A DNA stretch of 63,622 nt, filler included, from Parasitella parasitica NRRL 2501 (GCA_025201805.1; 4 parts of 4 records of this genome joined end to end with filler, not necessarily neighbours in it); one strand, 5' to 3'. Counted from the whole stretch's first letter, positions 13,988-30,470 are shown. Made by a program: numbers and translations. Notes: a model not told the origin generated them from the letters alone.

Positions 13988-15810
13988 TGTGGAATCGTTA
14001 TAAGATGGTATATGAATTCACTGAATAAAAAAAAACAATGAATGTCAACTTGATAAAGGTATAGGCTTTATCATCAAATCGACAGCTGTATGAAGCCCCA
14101 GTTCATCTGCTGGCCAGGTAGGTGAGCCTTTATATATTTAGGCTATGAATGGATGTTCTACTCTTGTAATTTAACGTGTACGATAATTCTGATTAATTAG
14201 CATCTTAACTTTGTGCTAACCGACATCTCAGCAAACTAAAGATAGCTTAAATCTATTTGAGTGAGGAGATAGACTTTACCCGAGGTACCCTGATCAATCT
14301 TCTATACGAAGATTATTAATATCGATCCATAAGCGTGTATCAATTCTTGTCTGGTCTTACTCAGTCTATATTAATTGTACATGTCTGAGTGTACATCATT
14401 TGGCATTCATCTTAGCATATGCAGTAAATTTGAAAGGTTTACGAAAATAAAAAAAATTTAAAAAATAAAGCGTTATGAAATTACAATTATAATCAAGTTT
14501 GGAGTTCTTTATTTTGAAAGTATACTGAGGTTTTATCTAGAGAAGAACATCTTGGTATTCATAGGATTTGAATTGTTGTATATTAGTTCTCATGAATGAA
14601 GCATTGAACCGAGAGTCAATGCGCTAATTTGTCGTTGTTTGATTTAGGTCTCAAGGAGAGGCAAATCACGCCAAAATGCTTTTATCATTGATAAAGATTT
14701 GCGTAAACTACGGTATAAACCATCATTTTTTCCATGTAATAAACGAGATCTTGACCTGATTAATTCACAACTGTTTTATTTGAATAATTTCTCATTCTGA
14801 TAAATCAACAGGCACCATTAGAACCGATGACGCTATAGACTTTTACTTACATCTCGGCACGAGCCTTAGACATTTACTAGATTTAGTATGTGCTACAAGC
14901 TTATGCCATATGTTTTGAGGCAACTCAACTTTAATAATAAAACTCAGAAGAAACGATCGAAAACGAACAATTTGAAAGCAAACAGACATGAGCAGTAAGC
15001 TCGGCCCCAAAACTATAAAATGACATTGCCCATACTACATTTCTTCTTCCAAAACCACTAACAAAATACCAACACTTGTTCTGGTAAATTCTTTAAACGA
15101 TTTTTGTTAACGAAATACTGATTATTCAATAAAAGTTGGTTCATTTAAAACATAAGAACACAGTTTATATTAGGAACAAAAAAGTCCCTCAAATTTCATA
15201 TAAGATCTATGCTTCAGATGCGTATTCCCAGTTTCTAGATATGCACTACAAGACATATACTTATATCCATGATACTAGCTACAGATAAATTATTTTCTAC
15301 AGACTTGCACAAAATGTGTAATGCTATAGATATGCTTATGACATGCTATAGACATGCTACATATGCCGATATATATGAAGATGAATACCAAGTGATATAC
15401 ACTCAGATATATACTACTAATATGGACTGGATAAGACTATACAAGAAATGATATACGCTTATGGATCGATATTAATAATCTTTGTATAGAGGATTGATCT
15501 GGGTACCTCCGGTAAAGTCTATCTCCTCACTCAAATATATTTAAGCTATCTATAGTCTGCTGATATGTTGGTTAGCACATAGTTAAGATACTAGTTACGC
15601 AGTATTGTCGTACATGTTCAATTGCGAGAGTAGAACATTTATCCATAGCCTAAATATATAAAGGTTCATCCACGTGGCCAGTGGATGAACCAGAGCTTTA
15701 TACATCTGTCGATTTGATAATAAAACCTATACCTTTATCAAGTTGACATTTATTGTTTTTTTGTTTAGTTTCTTTAGTGAGTCTATGTAACATCTTATAC
15801 CGATTTCACA
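13988..15810. mobile_element. Long inverted-repeat (foldback/MITE-like) non-autonomous element; arms ~13988-14420 and ~15372-15810
   Basis: Left arm tgtcaacttgataaaggtataggc...gagtgaggagatagactttacc...atcgatccataagcgt is the diverged reverse complement of the right arm acgcttatggatcgat...ggtaaagtctatctcctcactc...cctatacctttatcaagttgaca. No coding capacity between the arms. Confidence 0.8.
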
Positions 15811-16329
15811 ATTATGTCGTAACAGAGTATTATAAGTCTAATCTGACAAGTTCAAAAATCATTTGATCTAATGCACTGTTACTACATCCTTTGCAAATGT
15901 TTAAAATGGAGCGATACTGTTAGTGCTTTCTTTTAACGTATAATTTGTCGAGCAAATGGCTCACCTCCGATAAAGGAGACTGATGAAGATGCTGATAACA
16001 CTGTTAAAAGTTTTGAAGAGTGCAAACAAGTCAAAAATAAGAGAAAGCATAAGCGTTACTTAGAAAACCTAAATCAGAAGCCGGTATCTATCAACGTTTG
16101 TTAGTTGAGAATCAAGTAAAAAGATTCGAGCAATTGGAGAAATCCATTGAATAAGAAAAAAAAAATTCACAATATTGATGGAATTTGAGTGAGAGAAAAG
16201 TTTAGGATAAAGCAATAAGGTAGATAACAATGACATTCAATACATGAATAGTCTAGTTTGTTCAAATTTTTAGCCGTATATTAATGTATATCTGATTTAC
16301 AAGGATGTAGTTCTATTTCTTTCTTGATT

Positions 16330-17060
16330 CCGGTGATATTCCCAAAGATGATCAACCGTACCTTTTTCAAGACGATTATGGATGTGAGAATTTCTAAAAC
16401 TATTATACCTAGAAGCTAAATCTCTTGTCGTATCGCCGCTACAGCTTTGTTAAGGCTTTTAGAATAAAAGTTTAAGTAAATGTTAAAAGGCCACGATGTT
16501 TGTGATAATATTTTTTCTAGATACTTCTGAAAAATTTGACATTTTTAATAAAAGTTGGGGAGTAGATGATAAAAGCTGGAAGTGCCAATGATAAAAGCCG
16601 AGAAGTTTCTGAGAGGAGAAGCATACCTCCCCATAAAAGACTTGAAATAGGAGGAAAAAGAATTGGACGTTGCGTACCTCTTAGGATTTTAATTTTTTTG
16701 GGGACAGTTCCAACAACCCTCCTTCCTTTACCCGACCATGCATAGTTGCGCTTCATATTGATATGTTATGCTGCCTCATCTATAAAGACGCAATTGCCTA
16801 CAAAATCCATGTTGGTTTCTTGCCATTATTTGACCCAATTGTATCTCTCTTCAATCTTCTTGAGACTATTTCGCTCTATAGTGTGGAAGTGAGCCGTTTT
16901 AAGAGAAATTTGGCATTCCTCAGTAAGAAACTTGTGTAAAGCAGATTTCTCAATCCAGAGGTCCATAAACTGAGCGCTTAATCGCTCTATCATTTCATCC
17001 AAAAGTAGATCTGGCTTCTCATCCACCATGCTGATCAAAAATTCTTCATGCCCTTTATGA
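16330..17060 (-). pseudogene. IS630/Tc1-mariner (DDE_3) transposase relic
   Basis: VDEKPDLLLDEMIERL...LHKFLTEECQISLK.AHFH..ERNS...ERYNWVK*WQETNMDFVGNCVFIDEAA*HINMKRNYAWSGKGRRVVGTVPK: winged-HTH plus the first catalytic Asp region, with internal stops. Confidence 0.85.
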
Positions 17061-17691
17061 AGCTTTTTTTTTTATTCACTCTCTGTAAATTTAGGTTATG
17101 TTCTAAGTAAGCACATGTGAATACTCAAAAAAGCAAACAGCTCAGTGTAGTAGCAAAGAAAGTATATATTATTCTCCACAAGTATCTCAAATTTGCTAAA
17201 TCTACAAAGAAGCAAATTATAAAATAGTATCGTATTAGAAACCTTTGATATTGTATGAAAAATGCCATTGTGGAATGAAGATACTTGATGAGCTCAACAA
17301 AGTTTAATGAAGAAAAATGCGCTATATAACATCATGTATAAAGAACTTGAGTGTATCTCACGAGTTGTTGAGCAACTAATAATCGTGTGCTGCTGCCTAT
17401 TCAATAAACGAATTGGCAAAACCTTCTGGGCTTGGGCAGAGTTTAACCAGAAGTCACCGTAACCATCCCAACACCAGCCTAAATTTTTTTTCTTCCTTCT
17501 TTGACAAACATCACACTTTATCACGCAACACAGATAGTGGTGTATTCTTCAAGTATTAAATCTGTGCAAAGGATAGACGTTTGGATTTGCAAAACACACG
17601 TACACACTACCTATCTCCCTCTGCTTCTATTCAATACTACAATATACCATCTTCCTGCACTTTCTTTTAATAATTGCCCTGATCCTTTTCA

Positions 17692-19614
17692 ATGTATCTC
17701 CCTACAGAGATAATTAGAGAAGTAGGCGCACACCTGACTTTAGCAGAACAAGGCTCATGTATCCGTGTTTGCTACGACTGGTATCAGCCATTCTTAGAGC
17801 TACTCTACACACGAGTTCGTATGCGTACCCGCAACCAGTTTCGATTATTCTACCGTTCGATCAAGGACTCGGCTGCTATTCAAGAACCCTTAGGTCACCA
17901 CGTAAAAGAGCTTGTATTCGAACGCAGTACAAAGGGATGCCATGTTGGTCTCACGCGCGATGAATTTGAAACATTTCCTGATTATTTTTCTCGCTTGGAA
18001 ATATTAGACTTTGATCCTGAACTTTGGCATTACATGAGATATTCCGAAAAGTTTGTTCAAATGAAATGTCTCCGTCAATTTCCAATGTTCACTCGAAACC
18101 CAATATTTCAAAACGTCATGAAAAACAGTGCCTTCGCCACTCAGCTCACCTATCTTGCAATCAGCGGCGAAGCTACGGATCATCTTTTGAACAGCAGTTT
18201 GACGACATCTTTTTGGGGTCGAATGCCTAAACTGGAAACACTTGTTATCAGAGGTACGACACATAACAACATTAACGTCAAGATGCTCATGGCTTTGGGA
18301 GCGCAACTCTCCCGTTTACAGCACTTGACTTTAGGCTGTCTCACTTTGCCACTTCAAGAAAACGACATGAGCTCAACGACGACGTTTCCATTATTTACCT
18401 CGGCAAAATCGTTGACATTGGATGATGTGCACCTTAAGAACTGGCGCATGATTACGTTTCTGAGCTTGGCATTCTATCATGTGGAGGAACTGGATTTTGA
18501 CATGACATTTGATTGGTTTTACAACGAAAATGTAACAATCGAGCTCTACGAACAGTCTATGGATGCCTGTATGGGATTTGCTCAGCTATGCATTTTTTTG
18601 AAAAAGATTCGATTCAGAAGAATTAGCACATCAGTCTTTCCGTTTCCATACGACGCATTTTTTCAAGAGATAGCAGACATCCATCAGGACAAAGTTCAGG
18701 TGGAAATGACAGACTCTGCGTGGTGGTCTACAATTGACCCTGCCTCATCCTTCAAAGCAGTTACAATGCAAACAGGCCTTTTGTCAAAAGCAAATATGAA
18801 ATGGTCATGGACCGGTAAAAAATCAGACGTTACATTATTCAAAAACTTGAAATTCTGCAAACATTTGACACACTTGGAATTGGATTGTGACGTTCCCCTG
18901 AAGAATGGATTCAGATTGGACTTGCTATTAGATAGTTGCCCAACATTGAAATCGTTCGGCGTGTCTCATGCGCTCGTAACAACAAACCGATCTATAGAAA
19001 AGGCGCCACAAGTCAAATACAATCTCACCAGTTTAAAGCTAAAGGATGTGGTGCTAGGTGATCACCTAATGGATTATATAGCAAAGAGCTGCTTACACCT
19101 CGATAAACTATGGATTATAAACTGTGCACAAGAAAAGCCTCGGAGATCAGCGTTTGTCATTATTCGCATGCCAGAACACAACTTTAAATCGATTCGACTA
19201 GATTCACTTTATCTCAATCCCGGAGGAACGCCTGGTAAAAGCGAAGCCAGTATAGCTATTCTGTCGTTTTTTGAATCTACCCGGTATGCAAATCAAACTG
19301 AGAGAAGGAAGATGGCAGAGACAAAATTCAAAAACGTACCAGCGCCAGAGATGTGGCGATTTTACCACGTCCATAAAATCGATGTGTCCAAGAAGGAAAA
19401 GTTTAACAAACGACTTCGACGATTAAGCACAGAAGAGGCGGCCATGATTGCTAATTTTGAAATGACGGATAAGAAGTGGAAGGCAGTGAAGAATGCATCG
19501 AAACGAAAGACGTTTGTAGAGCGATCCTCGTGGGAGAAAGACATACAGTTTGGTTCAGTACTTTTGCTGTGTAAATCAGTGGGAAAACTCGAGTTCAACG
19601 AACTGAAGGTCTGA
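17692..19614 (+). CDS. F-box-like / leucine-rich-repeat protein (640 aa, single ORF)
   Basis: N-terminal LPTEIIREVGAHL...CIRVCYDWY F-box pattern, followed by LxxLxL repeats (MPKLETLVI, LSRLQHLTL, CPTLKSFGV). Confidence 0.85.
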   Translation: MYLPTEIIREVGAHLTLAEQGSCIRVCYDWYQPFLELLYTRVRMRTRNQFRLFYRSIKDSAAIQEPLGHHVKELVFERSTKGCHVGLTRDEFETFPDYFSRLEILDFDPELWHYMRYSEKFVQMKCLRQFPMFTRNPIFQNVMKNSAFATQLTYLAISGEATDHLLNSSLTTSFWGRMPKLETLVIRGTTHNNINVKMLMALGAQLSRLQHLTLGCLTLPLQENDMSSTTTFPLFTSAKSLTLDDVHLKNWRMITFLSLAFYHVEELDFDMTFDWFYNENVTIELYEQSMDACMGFAQLCIFLKKIRFRRISTSVFPFPYDAFFQEIADIHQDKVQVEMTDSAWWSTIDPASSFKAVTMQTGLLSKANMKWSWTGKKSDVTLFKNLKFCKHLTHLELDCDVPLKNGFRLDLLLDSCPTLKSFGVSHALVTTNRSIEKAPQVKYNLTSLKLKDVVLGDHLMDYIAKSCLHLDKLWIINCAQEKPRRSAFVIIRMPEHNFKSIRLDSLYLNPGGTPGKSEASIAILSFFESTRYANQTERRKMAETKFKNVPAPEMWRFYHVHKIDVSKKEKFNKRLRRLSTEEAAMIANFEMTDKKWKAVKNASKRKTFVERSSWEKDIQFGSVLLLCKSVGKLEFNELKV

Positions 19615-19667
19615 TATAGAGATGGAATTAGTGTACATATAAATATTTTCAAATTCTCGTTTGTATG

Positions 19668-19720
<53 letters not shown>
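19668..19720. repeat. Poly(dT) tract (~50 nt)
   Basis: Direct reading. It lies between the F-box stop codon and the BCKDHB promoter. Confidence 0.9.
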
Positions 19721-19723
<3 letters not shown>

Positions 19724-19877
19724 TTTGTTTGTACCTGTCAAAAAAGGGATATCACAACGGAGGCCATATAAAGCATCAGCTTAAAAAAACTTCCCACGCT
19801 TTCGTGTTATTTATCGTCTTTCCAAATTTCTCGTCTTGTTGATCACCTTCTTTTCTTTCTCTTAATCAACTACTGAA

Positions 19878-21259
19878 ATGCTTTCTTTAAACAGGGCCAT
19901 CAAACAAAGCGCTCCGCTATTGGTAAGCAAAAAGATGCCATAGACCGAGGTTCACTAACATTTTAATCTAGCGCCGAAGTTATGCAGCTACTGCTCAAGT
20001 CAATGACGGAATCCAACAAGGCGTCGCATTCTCTCATCTATTGAAAAGAGAGCCTGAAGAGGCTTTTCGTTCGCCTGAGCTAGCTCACATGAGCGCTAAC
20101 AACAGCGAAACCAAGAAAATGAATCTGTTCCAAGCAGTAAACGATGCCATGTCCATTGCGTTAACCACGGATGAGAAAGCAGGTAGTTTTTCTGCGCCAA
20201 ATTGCATCCAGGCTTCTAACTTTGATCCACTATAGTTGTCTTTGGCGAGGATGTCTCATTTGGCGGCGTATTTAGAGCTACATCTGGCCTTGCTGAACAG
20301 TTTGGAAGAGACCGAGTATTCAACACACCTCTTACAGAACAAGGCATTGCCGGATTTGCGGTTGGCATGGCCTCTGTGGGTCATACGGCTATTGCAGAGA
20401 TCCAGTTTGCAGATTACATCTTTCCTGCGTTCGATCAGGTACTTTCCCCCCCCCAAAAAGACGCTGGTATTTCGTATTTAACCTTTTTTAAAAGCTTGTA
20501 AATGAAGCTGCTAAATACAGATACAGATCTGGTAACCAATTCAATGTGGGTGGTCTGACTATCAGATCGCCTTCATCTGCAGTGGGTCATGGCGGTCATT
20601 ATCATTCTCAAAGCCCTGAAGCTTTTTTTACTCATGCTCCAGGTTTGAAGGTTTGTATATAGAATTTCTCACATTATTACAGCCAGTTTTTTCTCACGAT
20701 TCCAAGATAGATTGTTACACCTAGAAGTCCAATTCAAGCCAAAGGTTTGCTCTTAGCATCTATACGAGATAGAAACCCAGTCATCTTTTTCGAGCCAAAG
20801 ATTTTATACCGAGCTGCTGTGGAGGAAGTACCTGTAGCAGATTATGAACTACCTTTAGGTAAAGCCGAAATAATTAAAAAGGGCAAAGATGTCACCATTG
20901 TGGGTTACGGCTCTCAAATCTACACACTTGAAAATGCGATACAGCTAGCTGAAAAGAAGATGCCCGGTCTAAGCTGCGAGCTCATTGATCTACGTACCAT
21001 TATGCCCTGGGATGTTGAAACCGTAGTTGAATCAGTAAAGAAAACAGGTAGATTAGTGGTTGCTCATGAGGCTCCTAAAACTGCTGGTGTTGGCGCCGAA
21101 ATAGCTGCTACGGTCATGGAGAACTGCTTTTTGAATCTGGAGGCTCCTATTCAAAGAGTTTGTGGCTGGGACACTCCTTTCCCTCTTGTCTTTGAGAAAT
21201 TTTATGTCCCTAGCATGATTAGATGCTATGATGCAATTAAAACTGTGGTCAACTATTAG
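19878..21259 (+). CDS. BCKDHB: Branched-chain 2-oxo acid dehydrogenase E1 beta subunit, mitochondrial, multi-exon
   Basis: [11 protein letters not shown]...[12 protein letters not shown]...[16 protein letters not shown]...[15 protein letters not shown]...[12 protein letters not shown]...FFEPKILYR...[10 protein letters not shown]. Confidence 0.97.
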
Positions 21260-21453
21260 ATGTGATGAAATAAAGCTTTATTTCGCTGTTGTAATACCCG
21301 AAATGACCTCGATATTTACACCCCACACAAGCTGCGACAATAGGTTGCTCAAATTTGAAGCTCATTTGGCAATAGGTTTGATAAAAACCAAGTTCTGCCC
21401 AAGTAAAAAAAAAAAAAGAAACCTCTTCTTCAGCACAATAAAATTGTATAAAC

Positions 21454-22600
21454 ATGTTTCATCCTACAAGAGGAGGTATATAAAATAACAACACGTTTAA
21501 TCGACAGCGTACTAATAGCTCTAATAGGTACTCGTGGTGGCAAAGATCAGGTAAATAGTCTTCTACTAAATATAAACAGATTCCAACCATTGTCCTAGTT
21601 CAAATGGGATGACGTAAAAGATGATAAGCATCGTGAAAATTATCTTGGCCATTCGTTGATGGCTCCAGTTGGTCGTTGGCAAAAAGGTAAATGCTCATTC
21701 GCATCTTCGCTATTTAGACACTAACTACTATTATGAATAGGTAAAGATTTGACTTGGTACGCAAAAGAAGGTTCAAACGAGGCACAGGCAAAAGCAAATG
21801 CCGATGAATTAGCTCGAATCAAAGAAGCTGAAGCTGATGCAATGGCGATTGCACTGTATGTAATATGAGAATACCAAGATTCAATTACACTCTAACTGAA
21901 CTTGTTTTTTTTTATTAGTGGTGTTCGTAAAAAGAAAACCTTGGAAAGCCATGTAACAGAGAATGATCTCAAGCATGCTCTGAACAAAGACAGCGACTCA
22001 GATGATGATCAGTCTGGCTTTAATGCGTCAGAAAGAGGTCTAGGTTACGGTAAATCATCAAATCGCTTCCCCAACCAACCGTCTACTGGCAGCAATTCTG
22101 TGGAAGTGATGAATCTGGGTGGTCGATCGTTTGCGACATCTACAAACACCAGATCGCTAGAGAAGGGTGATAAAGAGGATAATGAAAAGGAAACAAAGAA
22201 ATCCAAGAAGCATCACAAGCATCGTAAGAGCGAGAAGAGGAAAAAACACCATCACCGCAGCCGTGATGACAGCGAGGACGAGGAAAGGTCTTCAAAATAT
22301 CGTCGCCACCACGGCAGTAGACATCGTGATCATGATAGGGATGATAGGGAGGACCGCCACCGCTATCATAGCAAAAGTAGACGAGATCATGACGGAAAAG
22401 AAGAAAGATACTCTCGTCTCCATAGCAACAGTAAGAGATACGGCGATGATAGCGATAATAGAGACAATAGAGACCGAGAAAGATCACCAAGCAGACGCCA
22501 AAACAGGGACGACAGACATTATAGAAGTAAATCTATATCTCCCAAGCGAGAGAGGTCTCTTTCACCGTATAATAAACGAATAGCATTGTCAAGGAGATAG
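21454..22600 (+). CDS. MMTAG2-like (multiple myeloma tumour-associated protein 2 / kinase phosphorylation domain) protein with an RS/RD-rich tail
   Basis: Spliced N-terminus MFHPTRG|GTRGGKDQ|[29 protein letters not shown]|GKDLTWYAK. Confidence 0.9.
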
Positions 22601-22693
22601 GTTTTTATAGAATGAATAAAAATTCTGTGTAACGAAGTGTAATGAAGTGTATTATTCGACTGAGGAGAAATGGTATACTTTATAAACAAACTT

Positions 22694-24267
22694 TTAATGA
22701 CGATAGAAAGCAATTACAAGGAAAGTCCCAACAGAGGTCATAATGCCGCAAATTGAAAATAACATAGAGGCAGGCATATCATCAATCTGCGTATTCAAAG
22801 AGATCAATAAATGCAATCACTTGATTTATATAAAAGATACTTACATGCCACATAATTACGCCAACACTCAAATTCATAGGTATTCTTAATAGTGTCATGA
22901 CAGCTGCTCTAGTCTCTTCTGGGATTGCATCGGCTTTCAAGGAAGAGATTGATGGATAATACAAACCAGTTGTGAATTCAAAGATGTGGTATGCTAGTAG
23001 CAAAGTTGTGATCTACGAAATGTCAGCTTCTGTACCTTAGATCCACGTATATGGCAACTTACAGACGCATGGCCTTGGTATGCCATCAGCATAAAGGCAC
23101 ACGAAGCAAATGCAAGCGCCAGAGTTAACAATCTATCCTCTGTGAATTGCATACAAAACCGAGGCCCCTTCTTGGCTTGATTTTCCATTACTTGAAAAGT
23201 CAATGAACCCACCATCACTGCCAACATCATTGTAGAGAACAGATAACCCAGTGGCACATTTGAAGATGAAGATCCCGCTGCATCGTTAATAGCCTCTTCG
23301 ATAGTTGGTGTATATAGCAGCACAAAAATATACATGGAGCATTCAAAGAATGTCTGTGCAATGCCGATGACAAGGATATTTCGACTTGTGGCCATGGTAG
23401 CTAGACCTGAAGTCAGCGTTTTCAGAAGCTTTACTTCTTTCTATACGAGTACTTAATAAAACTTCCAAAATCTGCTATTCATTTGCCTCAACTCACGAAT
23501 TGGTTGCTGCCGTAGTTTTCAGTCCATGTGTTAATTACCGTTGTAGCAACTAAACAGACTAAAATCATTGATGCCATGTAAGGAGCTTTGAACCCCCAAA
23601 TGTCAACCAATGCGTTGGCCAAAATGCCTGCCAAAATTGCCACTACACTGTTCAACAGTGTAGCCAAAGCAAATGTACGAGCACGCCACTCGGCAGGGAA
23701 TCCTCGGCTAGTGTGCTCCGAAACATACCACGATTCGAAAACACTGTACATCAATGCTGTGGCGAGGCCTGACAAAATGTGCGACAGGAAGAGCAACATG
23801 TACACATTGATAAGGCGAAGAGAAAGGGCCGTTAATAGTGTACAGCAAAATACAACACAGATACGTTTCCGTCCCCTATACAAATTTTCCATAAAAATCT
23901 TTGATCAGTTACACACTGCTGTGCATTTCAATGCATTTGAAAGTACCATGTATCAGCAAGACTTCCAACTGCAGTTCCTGCAAAAGCGCCGCTGACAAAA
24001 CCTGTCAAGAATAGCATAGCTATCTGCGTCAAATCAAGGCCATAAGAATTGTAAAGTTTGTATAAGTAGGGTCCCTGGATCCAGTCAGCGCCTGTTTGTT
24101 ATACATGTTATTCAATAGTTTCCAAGCTGCCTACCCCCCCCTTTTTTTTAGGCATTCATACCCATCACCAAAAGATATACTGCCAAATACTGTCGTTGAA
24201 ATGATTTGAATTGCTTTAGTAGCTGTACCTCGTTTTCAGGTCCTAGCTCGAAATTTAGCTCGTCCAT
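22694..24267 (-). CDS. MFS transporter, MFSD5/molybdate-anion transporter (DUF791) family, multi-exon
   Basis: FQRQYLAVYLLVMG|ADWIQGPYLYKLY, LMYSVFESWYVSEH, WTENYG, FECSMYIFVLLYTP, IPEETRAAVMTLLRIPMN. Confidence 0.92.
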
Positions 24268-24912
24268 GGTTACGATTTAAAATAGTGGAAGAAAGTTAGG
24301 CAAGGATTCGATATTTAAGCGCGCTTATTTATATGCTTGTGCTCCCTCATGTGACATGAAAATCTGTGCTTCAATGCCCTAATTTTGTGTTGGGTCGAAG
24401 GTCAATGGGTAAATGAAGCAATCAAGCAAGATGAATGGATACATGAACGCATTGACATGTATTTAGGTCAGCCAAAGCTTTTTTTTTTAAACAAAATGGG
24501 ACACAGTAATTCGCCAGACGATTCCTATGGATGCTCAAATGTAAAGCTGCAACCCAGATAAAGAACGAGATTGTACAGACATTGCAGAATGCAATAAGAC
24601 AAGGAATCAGTTGGATGCTGTACTTGATCACATTTAAAAGTAATACGAGAGTCTAATACAATCAGCAAATGTACCTACCTCTTGACAACCAACTTGCAAT
24701 GCTGTATTGCTCCATAAAAACGGCCAATCTCGAATAGGTCCACCAATAAAACCAAAGGCTTTTTGACAACCCCGTCCAATGTTGAACGATGATGTGACTA
24801 GAGAACCTAGCCCCAGGTGCCTCTGTACGAAATCCTGTCAAGGATATATTCAACGTTTTACTCTTGTACCATAGACAAGCCCTCCTGCCTTTTATATAAC
24901 GCAACAGCCATT

Positions 24913-25791
24913 ATGTCAATTGTGAAAACATTGGTAAATGCTTCTGCTTTGATTAAGGTTAGTTTGTAATTCCATTCGACATTGATTTCGCAATCTAAAT
25001 AGAGCATTGTAAATTTGCACCCTGGTTGACTATTTAGACAGCACCTATTCAAAAGAGAGCCTTTGCTTCAGCTGTCGAAACTGCACCAAAAGGTTAGATA
25101 TCGGTAGATGACATAATTAGCTATCGTTTCTGATCCAAATATAGCTTTTCCCACAACTATTCAAGCCTTTCTCCGTGAATTCAAAACCAATGAACCAGTA
25201 TCAATCATCGGCTTGGATAAAAGCGTCTTTGGAGCACCTATTCGCAGAGATATTTTACACCGTGTAGTTGTTTGGCAAAGAGATGCTATGCGTCAAGGCA
25301 CAAGCTCTACAAAGGGTCGTTCTGATGTTCGTGGTTCTGGTAAAAAGATGGCACCTCAAAAAGGCCGTGGTAAGGCCAGACAAGGCGATGGTAAAGCACC
25401 TCATTTGACAGGCGGTGGCATTGCCTTTGGGCCCAAGCCAAGAGATCACAGCACAGAATTGCCTAGAAAGGTCCAAGAATTAGGTCTTCGTGTCGCCTTG
25501 AGTGCTAAATACGCCCAAGATCAACTAATTGTGGTTGAATCCCTCCAAGATCTTGCAACCCACAAAACTCGTGAACTACTGGATATTTTGGAATCAAGTT
25601 ACGGATCACCCAGAGCTTTAGTAGTTATCAATGATTGCAACTCCAATATTGAACTGGCTGCTCGCAACATTCCCAATTGTGAGGTCATTCATGTGGAGGA
25701 GACAAATGTGTTGGATTTACTGACCTACGAAAAGCTCATTATTGAGAAAAACGCTGTCGAGACATTAGAGGAAGTTCTCAAAGCCGAATAA
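24913..25791 (+). CDS. Mitochondrial large ribosomal protein uL4m (YmL6-like), multi-exon
   Basis: VFGAPIRRDILHRVVVWQRDAMRQGTSSTKGRSDVRGSGKK..PQKGRGKARQGD..APH..GGGIAFGPKPRD. Confidence 0.93.
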
Positions 25792-25929
25792 TTCAAACTT
25801 TTTTTTGTACAAATAAAAATATCAATACATTTTCCTTTACGATAAACCTTTATTCTTTTTATTTTTTACGTTTTGAGGATTAATCGAGCTAATAAAATAT
25901 ACATTTTGTTAAACGCTTGCATCTTGAAT

Positions 25930-29221
<3,292 letters not shown>

Positions 29222-29587
29222 TTTATTGGTATGACTTTTTTGGTACAAGAAAGGAAGAAAGGGCAAAAAGATTTGTTTCTTCTTTGTTTTATTTGAATCC
29301 TTTCAATACGTGACGCTTTTGCACCATCAAAACATTTGCGACTTGACGTGCGAATCACCTATGAAATCATTAACGCTAGTTCAAATGTTGTCTCTCCATA
29401 CATTGACAAGGATTGGATGATGCACTACAAAATAAACAGTTGCTCCTCCTTCATCTGCACGTAAACTACTCATTATGTCTTTGCCTTCGGAGCGGTTCGT
29501 GGTAACACATCATCTCCTTCAGACCAATCTACCAAGTAATTAACTCAACATATGCCGAAAAAGCCACCATTACTAGGGCAAGCCAGA

Positions 29588-29687
29588 NNNNNNNNNNNNN
29601 NNNNNNNNNNNNNNNNNNNNNNNNNNNNNNNTTAATTAATTAANNNNNNNNNNNNNNNNNNNNNNNNNNNNNNNNNNNNNNNNNNNN
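29588..29687. other. Assembly linker (N-TTAATTAATTAA-N); same linker at 52216-52315 and 56380-56479
   Basis: Identical six-frame-stop 12-mer centred in 100-nt N blocks, three times. Confidence 0.95.
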
Positions 29688-30324
29688 TCACTGTCTTAGG
29701 CGCCATAAGTACAGGCATGATCATCGCTATATGAGCATAACTTGCTTTCCACTGGGCGATGTCTCTATCAAAAGTTATCTGCGTCAAACGTTTTTCGGAT
29801 TTCTGTGTCGGAGTTGGAAATAGAATCACGTGATTGTTGTTGATGGTGTGTGTAGGTTTATTGTAATATATTGTTGTGAAGGCTCGGTTGTGGGATGTGA
29901 TTAACCAGTACTTTCAAATACAATATGCTTATTCAACTATCGAATTACTGCGATACGCAAGTAGCTATTACTGAGATACTACTTCTAGATGTATGGAAAA
30001 TATATAATAGAAAAGTTAACTTCAAGGGGATAAAGAACTGATATTTATTAATAATGAATAATTGGAATATTTATTTGTGTTAACTGTTTGTTTGTTGGCG
30101 CTATACGCCTTACTCGCATGACCCTATTGTGAACATGCCCACTCACAACAATATGTTAAACTGAGACTACATTGTCTGATTTGTAATTAATGGTCAGGTT
30201 TATGAGTAAAACCACGTTTCAAATCAATACAATCGCATTATAGGAACAATATATATGGAATAATTAGATACTAGTTCAGCACTGATTGTGGCATTAATAT
30301 AAGGTATTATGTCGATCCACGGAA

Positions 30325-30470
30325 AAAATTAAATAAAAAAACAATAAATGTTGACTTGATAAAGGTATAGTTTTTGTTATTAAATCGACAGGTGCATAAA
30401 GGTCTAGTTCATCTACTCGCCAGTTAGGTAAACTTTTACTTTATTTATTTAAGGTATTTGTGAAAAACAT
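30325..30470 (+). repeat. Partial copy of the 13988-14420 repeat family
   Basis: acaataaatgttgacttgataaaggtatag...aaatcgacaggtgcataaagg...gttcatctac matches the arm sequence. Confidence 0.8.

Noticed and set aside
19668-19720. Homopolymer after the intronless F-box gene as evidence of a retrocopy
   Set aside because: The tract is poly-T on the coding strand, the wrong orientation for a poly-A tail, and no TSD is seen.
29632-29643. Perfect palindrome TTAATTAATTAA occurring three times (also 52260-52271 and 56424-56435)
   Set aside because: Always centred in 100-nt N blocks, so it is an artificial six-frame-stop contig linker.
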